This document shows, in pieces, positions 27,801 to 39,495 of a stretch of 64,000 nt of DNA. A program made the translations under genes and the position numbers. This DNA comes from Eledone cirrhosa (Eukaryota), in the NCBI GenBank assembly GCA_964016885.1, contig OZ024740.1:127906001-127970000 (forward strand), given 5' to 3'. The notes beneath the pieces were generated by a model. The model worked only from the letters and a program-made list of their open reading frames with translations. It was not told where the DNA came from and ran no database searches. Numbering within the stretch: the first letter of the stretch is position 1; every line of letters begins with the position of its first letter.

Positions 27801-29780
27801 TGATAGTTTGCCACACAGTTGGATTGAAAAATGTTTAGAGATTTTCAAAATATCCCCCGTTGTCAGGAGGTTTTTGTCATTCAGTATGAGGACATGGAGA
27901 ACGACACTCCTTTTGAATAGTGAAACAAAATCACTGGAAGCTGGAGAAGTTAACATTAATTGTGGAATTTTTCAGGGTGACTCTTTATCACCGCTTTTAT
28001 TCTGCATCGCACTTATACCATTAAGTAAAATGCTCAATGAAACAAAACATGGATATAGAGTCTATGACAAAACCATTAATCACCTGTTCTACATGGATGA
28101 CCTGAAACTATTCGCAAAAAATGATGAACAATTGCAAGGGCTATTATCCACTGTGAAGCAGTTCAGTGATGACATTAAAATGGAGTTTGGACTGGATAAA
28201 TGCGCCAAAGCAACGTTCACCAGAGGAAAGCTGCTGAAGAGTTCAGACATTAATCTTGATCGGGGGAACGTGATAAGAGAGCTTGATCAAGAACAAACTT
28301 ACAAATATCTAGGTGTTTGTGAAGGAGACGGAATCAAGCACTCGACAATGAGGGAAAGGATAAGGAAGGAATGTTACCGCAGAGTCAGAGCAATCTTAAG
28401 AACGGAATTGAATGCAAGGAATAGGATCGATGCCATAAACACGCTTGCCATACCAGTAGTAACCTACAGTTACAATGTCATCAACTGGTCAAGCACAGAG
28501 ATCCGTAGGCTCGATACAAAAATCCGAAAATTCTTAACCATGCACAGAATGCATCACCCTAAGGCAGACATAGATAGAATATATCTCCCTAGGAAAGAAG
28601 GAGGACGTGGGTTAATCCAATTAGACATTGCGTTGAAAACTGCAACAATTGGATTATCCACATATCTAAGGGAATCACATGATTGGATGATCAAACTCGT
28701 TTTGAAACACGAAAGCACCAAAAGATCATATTCCATTACAAAAGATGCACAAAGATACAGTAATGGACTACAAATTTCAGAAGTCCCATTTACTGCTGAA
28801 ATGGAAAACACAGAAAAAGCAAAGCAGGTAAAAGTAACTGCAAAGAAAGAACTGCTACAGAAACTGGCTAAGAAATGGCAAGAAAAGCCTCTGTATGGAA
28901 AATACCCAGAGCGAGCTAACAATCCTGATGTTGACAAAACTTTAACCCATCAGTGGTTGGCATCCTCTGGACTGAAATCGGAGACTGAAGGACTGATTAT
29001 CTCCGCACAAGATCAGTGTCTGCCAACAAAAAATTACCAAGCCAACATAATAAAAAATGGGTGCAGCCCATTATGCCGTGTATGCAAAAAACAACCAGAG
29101 ACCATTGACCATATAATTTCAATGTGCAGTCCTATAGCTCCAACCGAATACCTAAACAGGCATGACAGAGCTGCACAATACATACATTGGATAATGTGTA
29201 AGCATTTTGACCTGCCCCATCAAAAGAATTGGTGGGAGCATCAACCACCTCCCATACTTGAAAAAGATCACATCTCAATCTTGTGGAACTTTAGCATCCA
29301 AACAGACCGAAAAATAGATGCAAATAGACCTGATATAATATTGAAGGACTTTCAAAGGAGGGTATGCCTGCTAATTGATATGTCTGTTCCAATAGACAAG
29401 AATGTATCTATAAAAACATTTGAAAAATTGAGCAAGTATAAGGACCTGGAGATAGAAATTAGAAAAATGTGGAAATTGAGAACTAAAACAATACCAGTGG
29501 TTGTAGGCGCTCTGGGAATGATACCTAAGGGGTCTAACGACTACTTATCGCAAATCCCAGGAAACCCGCGTATAGGAGAAATACAAAAGATAGTACTAAT
29601 GGGAACTGCCCATATACTAAGGAAGATCCTGTCAATATAAGTACATCACAAGTCTAAACACTAAGGATGCATGTGTGAATATGTGTGTTCTTTCTTGAAC
29701 ATGGCGGACCTTGTTGTCTCTTGAGGTCACTGGTTGTGACTTGGTGATAACTCGTATAAACATAAAGCAAGATAAATGCA

Positions 29781-29817
<37 letters not shown>
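24867..29817 (+). mobile_element. R4/Dong-like family B copy 3, apparently full-length and intact
   Basis: ~1.1 kb 5' UTR, single uninterrupted ORF, ~140 nt 3' UTR, (TAA)n tail. Confidence 0.92.
25993..29640 (+). CDS. Non-LTR retrotransposon polyprotein: RT + CCHC finger + restriction-like endonuclease (1215 aa)
   Basis: [69 protein letters not shown]. Confidence 0.93.
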   Translation: MSNDEISYRIGRHPGKKGPRPSERNQTGVEKSANGSNLPITSELETSHNRNTPTVGPPCSPPRNPKKKREKWSREDNKEVLEAFYTAMYYPSNTSNTEQTYINWKKKHPKNRGYIDSNKLANIRRNIVRKKLLTDIEIDQIKLVAQSQRRENEASVSENEVNCNTSNPRVGAESLATEQIKERSEKVEGVHAQDETPNENNEIVNDKEMNENELANLKDEIMIEWMKMKETDMGERDTLPKIQNSKQNQKIIHKTNIILKNIIITNKINITDLNHLYYASAKVTTHLCGVKMKKQRNSHKKSTWQDNINRQINLRSDIEILTNYKVGEHVKQTKLRKLKKKYSIRSTCDIDMLIETIKQKVSAKAARIRRFEKRSRFYKDNNMFKNNQRNFYRKIGKSTITAKSIPPKEEVQEFWEKIWAEEKVHNIHAPWIDRQMKETAHLEEQTWENITVEQLRLALRKTSKWKSPGKDKIQNFWINAFTESHELLAQLYNEIVKEPEKIPSWLVNGITFLLPKNDETNNPKNYRPITCLTTMYKILTSVLTEYTYDHLITNDLFPIEQKGCKRGSYGCKDQLLVNKMILEDCHNRHKNLSIAWIDYKKAFDSLPHSWIEKCLEIFKISPVVRRFLSFSMRTWRTTLLLNSETKSLEAGEVNINCGIFQGDSLSPLLFCIALIPLSKMLNETKHGYRVYDKTINHLFYMDDLKLFAKNDEQLQGLLSTVKQFSDDIKMEFGLDKCAKATFTRGKLLKSSDINLDRGNVIRELDQEQTYKYLGVCEGDGIKHSTMRERIRKECYRRVRAILRTELNARNRIDAINTLAIPVVTYSYNVINWSSTEIRRLDTKIRKFLTMHRMHHPKADIDRIYLPRKEGGRGLIQLDIALKTATIGLSTYLRESHDWMIKLVLKHESTKRSYSITKDAQRYSNGLQISEVPFTAEMENTEKAKQVKVTAKKELLQKLAKKWQEKPLYGKYPERANNPDVDKTLTHQWLASSGLKSETEGLIISAQDQCLPTKNYQANIIKNGCSPLCRVCKKQPETIDHIISMCSPIAPTEYLNRHDRAAQYIHWIMCKHFDLPHQKNWWEHQPPPILEKDHISILWNFSIQTDRKIDANRPDIILKDFQRRVCLLIDMSVPIDKNVSIKTFEKLSKYKDLEIEIRKMWKLRTKTIPVVVGALGMIPKGSNDYLSQIPGNPRIGEIQKIVLMGTAHILRKILSI

Positions 29818-29818
<1 letters not shown>

Positions 29819-30047
29819 CGTTTTTGAAATATGTACTTCTCCGTTCACAGATTGACCTTTTTAGTTTCAGAAGATCCCGTTAAGGGTGAACGCAGCGATT
29901 TTTTTATTAAACTTTAATCTGTTATTTTAATAAATATATATATATATAGGAATGTGTTCAATCATTAAGTATTGAGTAAGCTGATGCCTTATGGTCCATC
30001 TGGTTCGTTACCACACCTCCTTCGTTATATATATATATATATATATA

Positions 30048-30240
30048 ACGAAGGAAATGTGGTAAGGAACCAGGTGGACCATAACGCACCAAAGTACTCA
30101 ATACTTAGGGTATTAGAGTGGGTAATAGGAACAAGTAAGACACCGACGGCTGAGCTCAAGCCGTTTCGACGGCTAATTCTGGACTGAATTAGCCGTCGAA
30201 ACGGCATGAGATCAGCCGTCGGGGTCTTACTTGTTCCTAT
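30048..30240 (-). mobile_element. Miniature PLE terminus: hairpin plus 3' tail, same family as 39310-43546
   Basis: 30048-30186 matches 39309-39447; inverted arm 30186-30240; (AT)n on both sides; a related tail-only copy at ~29965-30026. Confidence 0.8.
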
Positions 30241-30603
30241 ATATACATATATATATGTGTGTCACTATCACTTGATAATGCATAAAAATGCTGAAACCGG
30301 TAATAGACAATTATTAAATATATAAATAGATAAATAAATGTCATTGTTAAATAATAAATAAATCAACTAATACCTTAACACTTCACACAATGTAAAACAT
30401 TTCGTTTTAATCATTTTCTAAACCAGAAAAAAGAGAGAGAGAAATAAAAAAGGAAGAAAATATTTTTTCTTCCTAATAATCGTCTCTTTCTTCCTGTTTT
30501 CATGTATATATATATATATATATATCCCCATACTCTACTACCCCAAGTGTCGAGTACTCTATTGAGTAATGATCTAACTAATTGTAAGTGGTTCTATCCT
30601 GAG

Positions 30604-30674
<71 letters not shown>

Positions 30675-31530
30675 TGTGTGTGAGAGTGTGTAAACTCGTA
30701 ATTACTCACTCATTTGTATTAACATGAGGCGTCGATAAAGTAGTAAGAATACATGTGCACTTATGCAGATTTATATTATACTGCAACTTATGTGTCATTC
30801 ATAGTGTACTGTCACACCTACCCTGTGATGTAAGCTGTTGATGGCAAAAGCATCTGGGGAGTCGGTGAGACAGATTTTCTTATAAATACAATTTAGATTA
30901 CAAAATATACAATGAAAATCTTTCATGCAAGTTCGTAGGCGTATCTCGTATAACATCGTGGATAGTGCTACTTTTTCCGTACGTTTACAATTTATTCGTA
31001 ATTTTTTTTCGTGATCTAAGACCTATGTGCAGAAATGATATACTCGGTGGAAATATGATATCCTTATTTCTCTTCTGTAAATGTGTTTGACTTAACGTTC
31101 ATGCGGCTCAGTTCCAAGCTTAGAGTCACGAGTTAATTTACAGTCGAACAATTGTGTTTTGAGCAAAACTGGCAAACATGAATTGTACCTGTAATTCCTA
31201 GATCCCGACTTGTCACACACCATATAACGCTGAAACCCTAATAGAACTACATAAAATATTTCCGTGTCTGAGGAATGTTCAGTCACTTGCAATCAAATTT
31301 TACGAGTATGCCTGAAAACTTCGTTGTGGAAACAGGCGGAAGTCCAACATTTTAGACATAATTTTCACAAAACCTCGGAAGTCTTGGCTTTTATCCTACA
31401 CCTTATCGTATTGAAAATGTAGCATTAAATTCTCAGACTGACCTGAATAAACTAGATTTGCCTTTATAATGTTCAATGAAGAGACATATATCGATTTGAG
31501 TTTAACGCTAAGAATTTCACTGAAGCAACA

Positions 31531-31594
<64 letters not shown>
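31531..31594 (+). repeat. (TAG)n microsatellite
   Basis: Pure TAG run. Confidence 0.95.
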
Positions 31595-31595
<1 letters not shown>

Positions 31596-32619
31596 ATCAC
31601 GTGATTAGTGTTTACCTTCGCCACACGCAGGAACAAAAAATATGGTAGTACTCACTAACCTAAGATATTGATTCTACTGCCATCTTTCTTTTGAAAGTTC
31701 TACTTTGAACTTGCTTATAATAAATCCAACACTTATCACGGTTTGTTCTTCAGAGATACGAAACACAAAACGATATCTTCTTCAGATGTTAAAAAAAAAA
31801 TATTACTACCATGTTTGTTTAGCTGTTTTTATTTGTTTTCGTTTTACATATTTTGTTTTCTTTTTTATGGACCTTCTTTGCTTTTATAATATAACAATAT
31901 ATATTTATGTTTTAAGTTTCTTTTTCACAGTTTCTCAATCTCGGTATTTAATAGTTATGATATTTGATAGATATTATTAGACTACAGATCAAACAACAGG
32001 CAAATATATATATAGAAAGAGAGATAGAAATTAATTACAAAAGTGTCAGCGGACACGTATCTGGTTATATATCTAACAAATGGCTAAAACAATAAGACAT
32101 CAAAAAGTGATCAAATTAACAATATTTCAAAACTTTGATTCTAATCATTAAATAAAAAACAAATAGTTTCCTAGATGTTGGTGACAACCTCAGATAAATC
32201 TTTTGATTTTATCTATACAAACACGCGCACGCATATGTATGGGTGAATGTGTGTGAGTACAGACTGATGTGTGTGCATGTATGTGTAAAAGTTGTATGCG
32301 ACAAGTTGTAAGACCAGGGTTAAAACAACATAACAATAATGACTACATTGCTAATACTTTATATTTTTGTTATAAAACAATTAATACATATTCGTATCAT
32401 GTATTTGATTTATATGAACCATTGTGATATAAGTTTTCAGCGTTTGTGGCCTCGGCTGTCCATCGGGTCTAAACTAATTGTTCGCCAGATTTACGTCCTG
32501 TGGATTAGCATGTGATTATGTAGGCCAATGCGAGTTCAACAGGTATGATTGCAGGCCAAGCGCATTTTCCGATGAAATTTGTTAAGTATTACGGTTCATG
32601 TCTTGGTGTTAGGCTCCAA

Positions 32620-33601
32620 CAAATAATATATAAGATAGAATGTAACAAGTGCAACCAATACTATATAGGTAGCACAATCCGACCTTTTCACATCCGGATC
32701 AAGAAACACACTAAAACCAGAGCCTCGGCTTTCCGGAAACACATAGACAAATGCGGAAATAAAGATGGAAGGCCCATTGTCACAATTCTAGCAACTGAAA
32801 GAAACGTCGGTACGTTACGTATCAAGGAAGCACTTTGGATCAAACGCCTAGAGCCACAAATTAACAATCAATCCGAGAAAAGCGAAATGAGGTGGTTGGT
32901 ATAAGTTAACAAACGATGCAGCAACACACGCACACACACACACAAGCGAGACAGCAGGACACGCACACACACACGCACACGGTAGCATTCAACCATACGA
33001 ACATACTACACTGCCAATACAGAGGAACAAGGCAACAACACACGCACACACACACACTCAAGCGAGAGAACAACACACGCACACACACACACAGTAACAT
33101 TCAACAAACAGGCAGAGAATGGACTGACAGCTAGCGCCAGCCCACTCCCACAATTGAAAGAACTACTTCGGCCGCTGACCTCTGCCCGACCGACCCCATT
33201 TCACGCACACGCGCGCTCTGCTGAATACCTCAGATATTCAAAACAACGAACAGCGGAGGACGCGTTTCGCACCTTTCCGACAGACAACTTTTCCCCCACC
33301 CCGGAAAAAAAGCCCAGTTGATGGATGTGAATCCGAAATATATAGGGACAATTAAATCTCTCCCAAGGTAACTCTCTCTCGTGTTGTTATTTTAATTTTA
33401 TCCTTTATGCTCTTTCCTTCATTCCTCTACACGTCTTATACACGCCACGCATCTCAACGTACACCCACTTACATCCCTCTCTCCACCACCGGATCTTGTT
33501 ACCCGGAGATTAACCCATCTGCATTGTCGAGGCATCCAAACGACTTAAAGAAATTTACCTTATTATTCCACAATGCTTCAAGCAAACTTCAATACTCTCT
33601 T
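32620..33601 (+). mobile_element. 5'-truncated Penelope-like element (GIY-YIG C-terminus plus terminal repeat)
   Basis: IIYKIECNKCNQYYIGSTIR..RIKKH..FRKH (GIY-YIG with CCHH); downstream matches 56260-57492. Confidence 0.8.
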
Positions 33602-34199
33602 AAATAATATATTGTTTATTTGCCACCGATTCCTACTTTCTTTTGTTTCATCTACATCCTTTGTCCGCCTCGTGTGAGCTTTCCTTCATTTGGTTTGAAT
33701 AACCTGTGATATATCATTCACATGACATAGCCATCTCATCGATTCACGGGCTACGTACCCACGTATTTAATGCAGGAAATATTGCTCAGCGGGAACATAT
33801 TCTCATTCTTTCACCTTTTCTGCTACTAGATATGCATATTTCTTTCTCACGCAACCATCGTATAAGACTGGCATGATATTGATATGTTATCTATAGATTT
33901 GTCAGGATTCAGAGTTATATAGGTACGTGGATATATCAACTGATTTAGACACTATACGATTGGTGATGCCTTAGATGAATATCTTCATACAACTGTTTTC
34001 TCAAGCGATCAATGTTTGTTATCCGCATTTGGGTTTTCTCTTCAATATTTGCGCTCTAGGAAATGTAACTACTTATAGAGATCCTGGAATTGCTTTACAT
34101 TTACCAGCATGAGTACTTGTGCCTGAATGGATGTACAGTGTGCTATCTATTCGACTTACGTTCCACTTTTGGCCCATGCTTTCATATACATCAGTGGAA

Positions 34200-34900
34200 A
34201 TACCATCATGTATTTTTAATTCATCTGAATATCATCACAAAAACGTCAATTACGATCAACTTAAATGAACGATTTTATATAACATTAACCAAAACAGAAA
34301 TCAGTCTCTTAAAAGCAAATAAGCCTCTCTGGCCCGACATGATTCTGGCTGGTACATATTAAATTAAGTATGAAATATTAACAACAAAGCTCCATGTAGT
34401 GTTTCTGCGAAACTAGCCATGAAGAAATATATCAGCTGAACTCAATGAAACATTTATTGCCATCGGCAAGAGGAATCTCACTTCTATAATTGTTGGAAAC
34501 CCTCCGGCTACAATTCTGTATTCTGAACTACGTGATCTCACTATATGAGTCTCAAGAAACCGAAACTCAATCATACTGCTTTACATAGCTTTCTTTCATC
34601 ATAGGAAGGCATTTGATATAGTGAAGCTCTCTAGGAAGTATTATACAAACTCGGCTTCCCAGAATAGTTCATGGTAATTTCAAGTGCAGTGCCGGTCATA
34701 TACAACAGATCAGTTTTGTGTTAGAAGTGCCGTTTGGCAGAAATGTGTAATTGACTACATGCTCTTTTCCATCTTCAAATTACACCTGATTTCCATTCAA
34801 ATCTCAACCCTGGTAAACTCCCTGGGAGAACAAAGGCCATGTCTATACTATAACTATTTGAACTACAATAAGCAAGGGACATAGAAGGTGTCATATAACA
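34200..34900 (+). pseudogene. Heavily decayed LINE RT remnant
   Basis: IAFFHHRKAFDIV-like motif near 34585-34625 and a weak G(V)RQG-like segment near 34730. Confidence 0.3.
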
Positions 34901-36489
34901 ACATGAATACAATTTTTGAAAATAGAATGATAAATATAAGTAGGCAGAATTGGTATGACATGTCCAGACACAGGCATAGTGTTGACATTGAATTTTTAGC
35001 AAAGATCTGACAGTTACTCTATATTCAATTTATGTTTAGTGATTGTAAAGTCTTAACATTGAATAACAATATATTCTTAACTATCCATTAATGTCCTTCT
35101 TTCATCACTTTCACGTACGTAAATGTATATTTTTATATTTGTCCAGTTTTGTGGATTTATTTCCATGAAAATAAATGTTAAGCAGTAAAATTGAAGAAAC
35201 CATATAAATCACGTGCCTACATGAATTCATTTTTGCGATCGGATAAGCTTTCTTTCTACCAAGATTTTATGTTCCGTTTTATTTTTAAAATATCTACATC
35301 CACACAAGACAAAGTGCTACAAATAGTTAGTATAGAGGAGGCATGATAGGGAGAGGTAATTCATAGTTAATGACAGAACTTTTGGGTGTAGAAATACAGA
35401 CAATACGATTGTCCCTCATAAGTCAGTTGTTTTCTGTTGTATCTTGAAATACCTTCACAGTATGATTATGTTTGAATAATTTATATTGAAAAACCACATG
35501 TACTGTAGAGTTTTTCAGTCATTTTCATACAAAAATACACATGTTTTAGTAGATCTTTATATAAATATATTCATGTATACGAAATATATAAATTGATGGG
35601 CGGTCTGAAACAATACTTATATGCACACGAATCTGGATATATGCGTCCACATACATACACAACATACATAGATAGAAACATGCAACGTAATTACATACCC
35701 AACATATATACATACACACCTATATATGTGCATATATGACATTGTATATACATACGTTCATGCATATATTCATACATAAGTTGATAAATACGTCCATATA
35801 TGCTATCTTACGTACAGACATATGAAGGAATCGATCGACAAAATTCCATTGATGATTATATCTACTTATCGCAACTGCTTGTAAAAGGAGAAACGCGAAA
35901 TAAAGTATCTTTCTCAAGGACATAACGCAGAACCCACTCCGAATATCGACCTCGCAAGCTCACGATTCTGATTACAATTCTCTAACTTTTAAACCACCAG
36001 CCTTATAAATCATAGTCACTCATTACATTCATTACATTCATACATACGCATATACGAACAAGCATACATAAGTACGAACATACGAACATACAACATATAT
36101 ACATCATACATACACACTGACACAGGTACATATATATTTAAAGGATTCAATAGAATCTTCAAAAGCAGCATCAACATAATTAACATACTTGTATAAATAC
36201 AAGCTCTTTCAAGTAGATTCGTTAAAAAGTTTACGATAAACGAAAGAAAAAAATACGAGAAGGATGAAAGCTGCGTCTTTATTTAGCAGGTTATAGAGTG
36301 GAATAAACACCTGCTTTTCGTTGATGACTCTCAGGTTGAACGTAAACAAGTGTACCATTTCAAAACAGAAACAGCACTAAATAAATATAAATGGAATTCC
36401 CTTTACATACTTTTACGTATGTTTCATATTTCTATTTTTTTTTATCTTCATATATTTGATATTCTAGTGGTATATACCCACGCATCTCA

Positions 36490-37670
36490 TCTCTCTATAT
36501 GTAAAATTATTTGTCTGTCTGTCTGTTCCTAAACATTCTCAAACGGCTCGACCAAATCAAATCAAATTTTACAAGGTAATATTATTATACCCTGGAAGTG
36601 TCAACATGTAATTTTTGTATTCATTTGGATTAAAGCAATATAACATTTTATCTAAAATAATAGTTCTATAGTCAACTATAGTAAACCCCCATCACTACAA
36701 CTACGGCACATTGTGTGTATGGGTGTGTATGTGCCTGTTAGTGTGTGTGTGTGTTAGCGAGTTCGTTACGTACGTTAGGCCTCAGAAAATTAAACACACA
36801 CACACACACATCTACACATATATATAGCCTTAGTTAGTTGCATTAGTTCACACACAGAGAATTAAACACACACACATCTACACATACAGATACATATGTG
36901 TTGACTGACAAGTAATAGGTGTGCGTGAATGCATTCTGTGTGTGTCTGTCTTAGTATATGTATGTGAGAGTGTATGCGCGTGTAAGTGTATGTGTGATAA
37001 TGTTTATTTTAACGTTAGGCCTCAGAGAATTAATCACACACACACATACACACACAACACATACACACATCCAGATACATATGCGTTGACAGACAAGTAA
37101 TAGGTGTGCATGAATGTATGTCTGTGTGTGTCTGTCTTAGTATATGTATGTGATGTATGTGTGCGTGACTGTATGTGAGAGTGTATGTGTGTGTGAGTGT
37201 ATGTATGTGTGAATGGATGTGTGATATTCTTTTTCATTTGGATTAGGACAACACAATGACGTCATATTTTGTATATGAATGTGTATGTGTCTGTGAGTGT
37301 GTGTGTGTATTTGTACGGTCGTTAGGTACGTTATTAAATACACACATCTACACACGTATATATATTCATCTGTGGCAATTGACAAAAAATGAGGTGAAAA
37401 GCTATGCGTGTTTCTGCGTGAATGTATGTCTGTCTTAGTATATATGTGAGTGTATGTGAGATTGTATGTTTGTGAGTGTGTAGCAACAATGTATTAATTT
37501 GGAGAACAACAAAAAATTGCACAATGAATAATGTTTAACCTAAGGTGCTTCAAGATTTTCATTTCTAAATTCGATTATCATTACAAGTTTGATATATTTA
37601 AAATAAAATATAGATAATTTGAAATAATTATCAGAAAAAAAACATATCTTCATATTTATTGTTTACTAGT
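36490..37670 (+). mobile_element. Possible non-autonomous Helitron-like element with internal degenerate repeats
   Basis: 5' (TCTG)n followed by AAACGGCTCGACC, internal repeats starting GTTAGG at ~36775/37014/37321, CTAGT at the 3' end. Confidence 0.35.
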
Positions 37671-37707
37671 CTGAATAAGAGCAGCATATATATATATATA
37701 TATATAT

Positions 37708-38760
37708 TGTCCCAGTCTTCAAAAGGGGAAATAAGTCCCTTGCAGTGAACTACCGTCCGATCTCACTCACCTATCATATTATCAAGGTATTTGAGAAGGT
37801 GGTGTGATCACGAATAACCCACTTTCTTGAAAGCAACGGCCTGCTGAACTCCAGCCAACATGGGTTCCGTAATTGAAGGGACTGCCTAACGCAGTCCCTG
37901 CATCACTTTGACAATGTTTTGAGAGCCTTGCGAGAGGGCTCCAACACTGATGTCATCTACCTTGAATTCAGCAAGGCTTTCTACAGGGTTGATCATAAGA
38001 TTCTACTGAAAAAAACTATCCAATGTTGGTGTCTCTGGAAGGTTACTACAGTGGATCAAATATTTCCTGACAGGCAGAACCCAGCAAGTCGAAGGAGTAA
38101 AATCAAGCCCTGCCAAAGTCAGCAGTGGCGTCCCACAAGACATTGTGTTGAGCCCACTTCTTTTCATCATCTACATTAATGACATTACTGACATCATCAA
38201 GCACAGCAACATCAGAATCTTCGCAGATGATTCCAAGCTCCAAAGAGTCATCAATGAGGTGGGTGACTGGACTTACCTTCAGTCAGACCTACTGGTTGTT
38301 ATCCAATGGGCAGAGATGAATAATATGCTGTTGAATGAGGATAAATTTGAATTAATCCACTTTGGAAAAAAGGATGCCCTGAAACTACCATACTGTCTTC
38401 CTCCGGGTGAAACTCTAGTGGCATCCAATAACATCAGAGATCTGGGAGTGATTCTGGACAACAACATAAGCTGAGCCACTCATAGAAACAGCAAAGTTGA
38501 TATGGCCCGCAGAATGTATTCCTGGATTCTTAGAACTTTCCAGTCGAGAGATATCCACATTGTTATCCTTCTCTTCTCCACTTTTGCCAGACCCCACCTT
38601 GAATACTGTTGTTGACTGTGGTTACCCCAAACGAAACAAAGTATTATGAAAGTTGAAGCACCCCAAATGTCAATTACAAAAAGGATAGATGGCATGAGAG
38701 GCCTTGACTATTGGAATCGATTAGAAAAGCTCAAACTTTACTCTCTCCAACGTCGCCGTT
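37708..38760 (+). pseudogene. CR1-group LINE RT fragment
   Basis: NYRPISLT, QHGFR, DVIYLEFSKAF, SGVPQ..LSPLLFIIYIND, FADDSKL, RDLGV, RPHLEY. Confidence 0.85.
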
Positions 38761-38761
38761 G

Positions 38762-39060
38762 AACAGCGCTGTTTAGTACTAATTAGTACTTGTCAAAACT
38801 CAGTACTCTCCCCGTCTGCCGAAAATTATGTGTGTTGGATTCTTATAGAATTCCAGTAACAATGAGGAACTGATTAGACAGAGCGGTCGCCGGCGAGCAG
38901 AAATATATATATATATATATTTCTGCTGGTCGGCGACCGCTCTGTAAAATCAGTTCCTGATTGTTACTGGAATTCTATAAGAATCCAACACATATACTTT
39001 TCGGCAGACGGGGAGAGTACTGAGTTTTGCCAAGTACCAATTAGTACTAAACAGCGCTGT
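38762..39060. repeat. ~140 bp inverted repeat centred on an (AT)n run
   Basis: 38762-38905 is the reverse complement of 38918-39060 with few mismatches. Confidence 0.85.
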
Positions 39061-39190
39061 CAATTTATCTCCCTCTGTCTGCCAAAAATTCAAGTAAGCG
39101 AAAATGTCGCTACTTTAAAAGGATAGCGTTGGGTCTTCCAAATGCTTTAAATTAAGCATAGAGTGTATTGCAAAATACATTATATATACA

Positions 39191-39288
<98 letters not shown>

Positions 39289-39401
39289 GTGTATATATAT
39301 ATATATATAACGAAGGAAATGTGGTAAGGAACCAGGTGGACCATAACGCACCAAAGTACTCAATACTTGAGGTAGTAGAGTGGGTAATAGGAACCAGTAA
39401 G

Positions 39402-39495
39402 ACCCCGACAGCTGAGCTCAAGCCGTTTCGACGGCTAATTCTGGACTAAATGAAAATTTATCCTGGTATTTAAATAGCCGATCTTCTCAAGGGGT
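39402..39495 (-). ncRNA. Type I hammerhead ribozyme (U3-A8 variant)
   Basis: Inverted copy of 43438-43531. Confidence 0.75.

Noticed and set aside
4078-29817. Regular repeat-spacer pattern suggesting CRISPR or telomeric arrays
   Set aside because: The repeats are (TAA)n and the spacers are kb-long retrotransposons; eukaryotic context, no cas genes, no TTAGGG-type arrays
646-29848. Many recurring antisense ORFs over the RT genes
   Set aside because: Shadows of the coding strand; they recur only because the element copies are near-identical
33255-33290. Minus-strand GAAACGCGTC typical of PLE minimal hammerheads
   Set aside because: No CTGANGA-type core or stem I partner found at a suitable position
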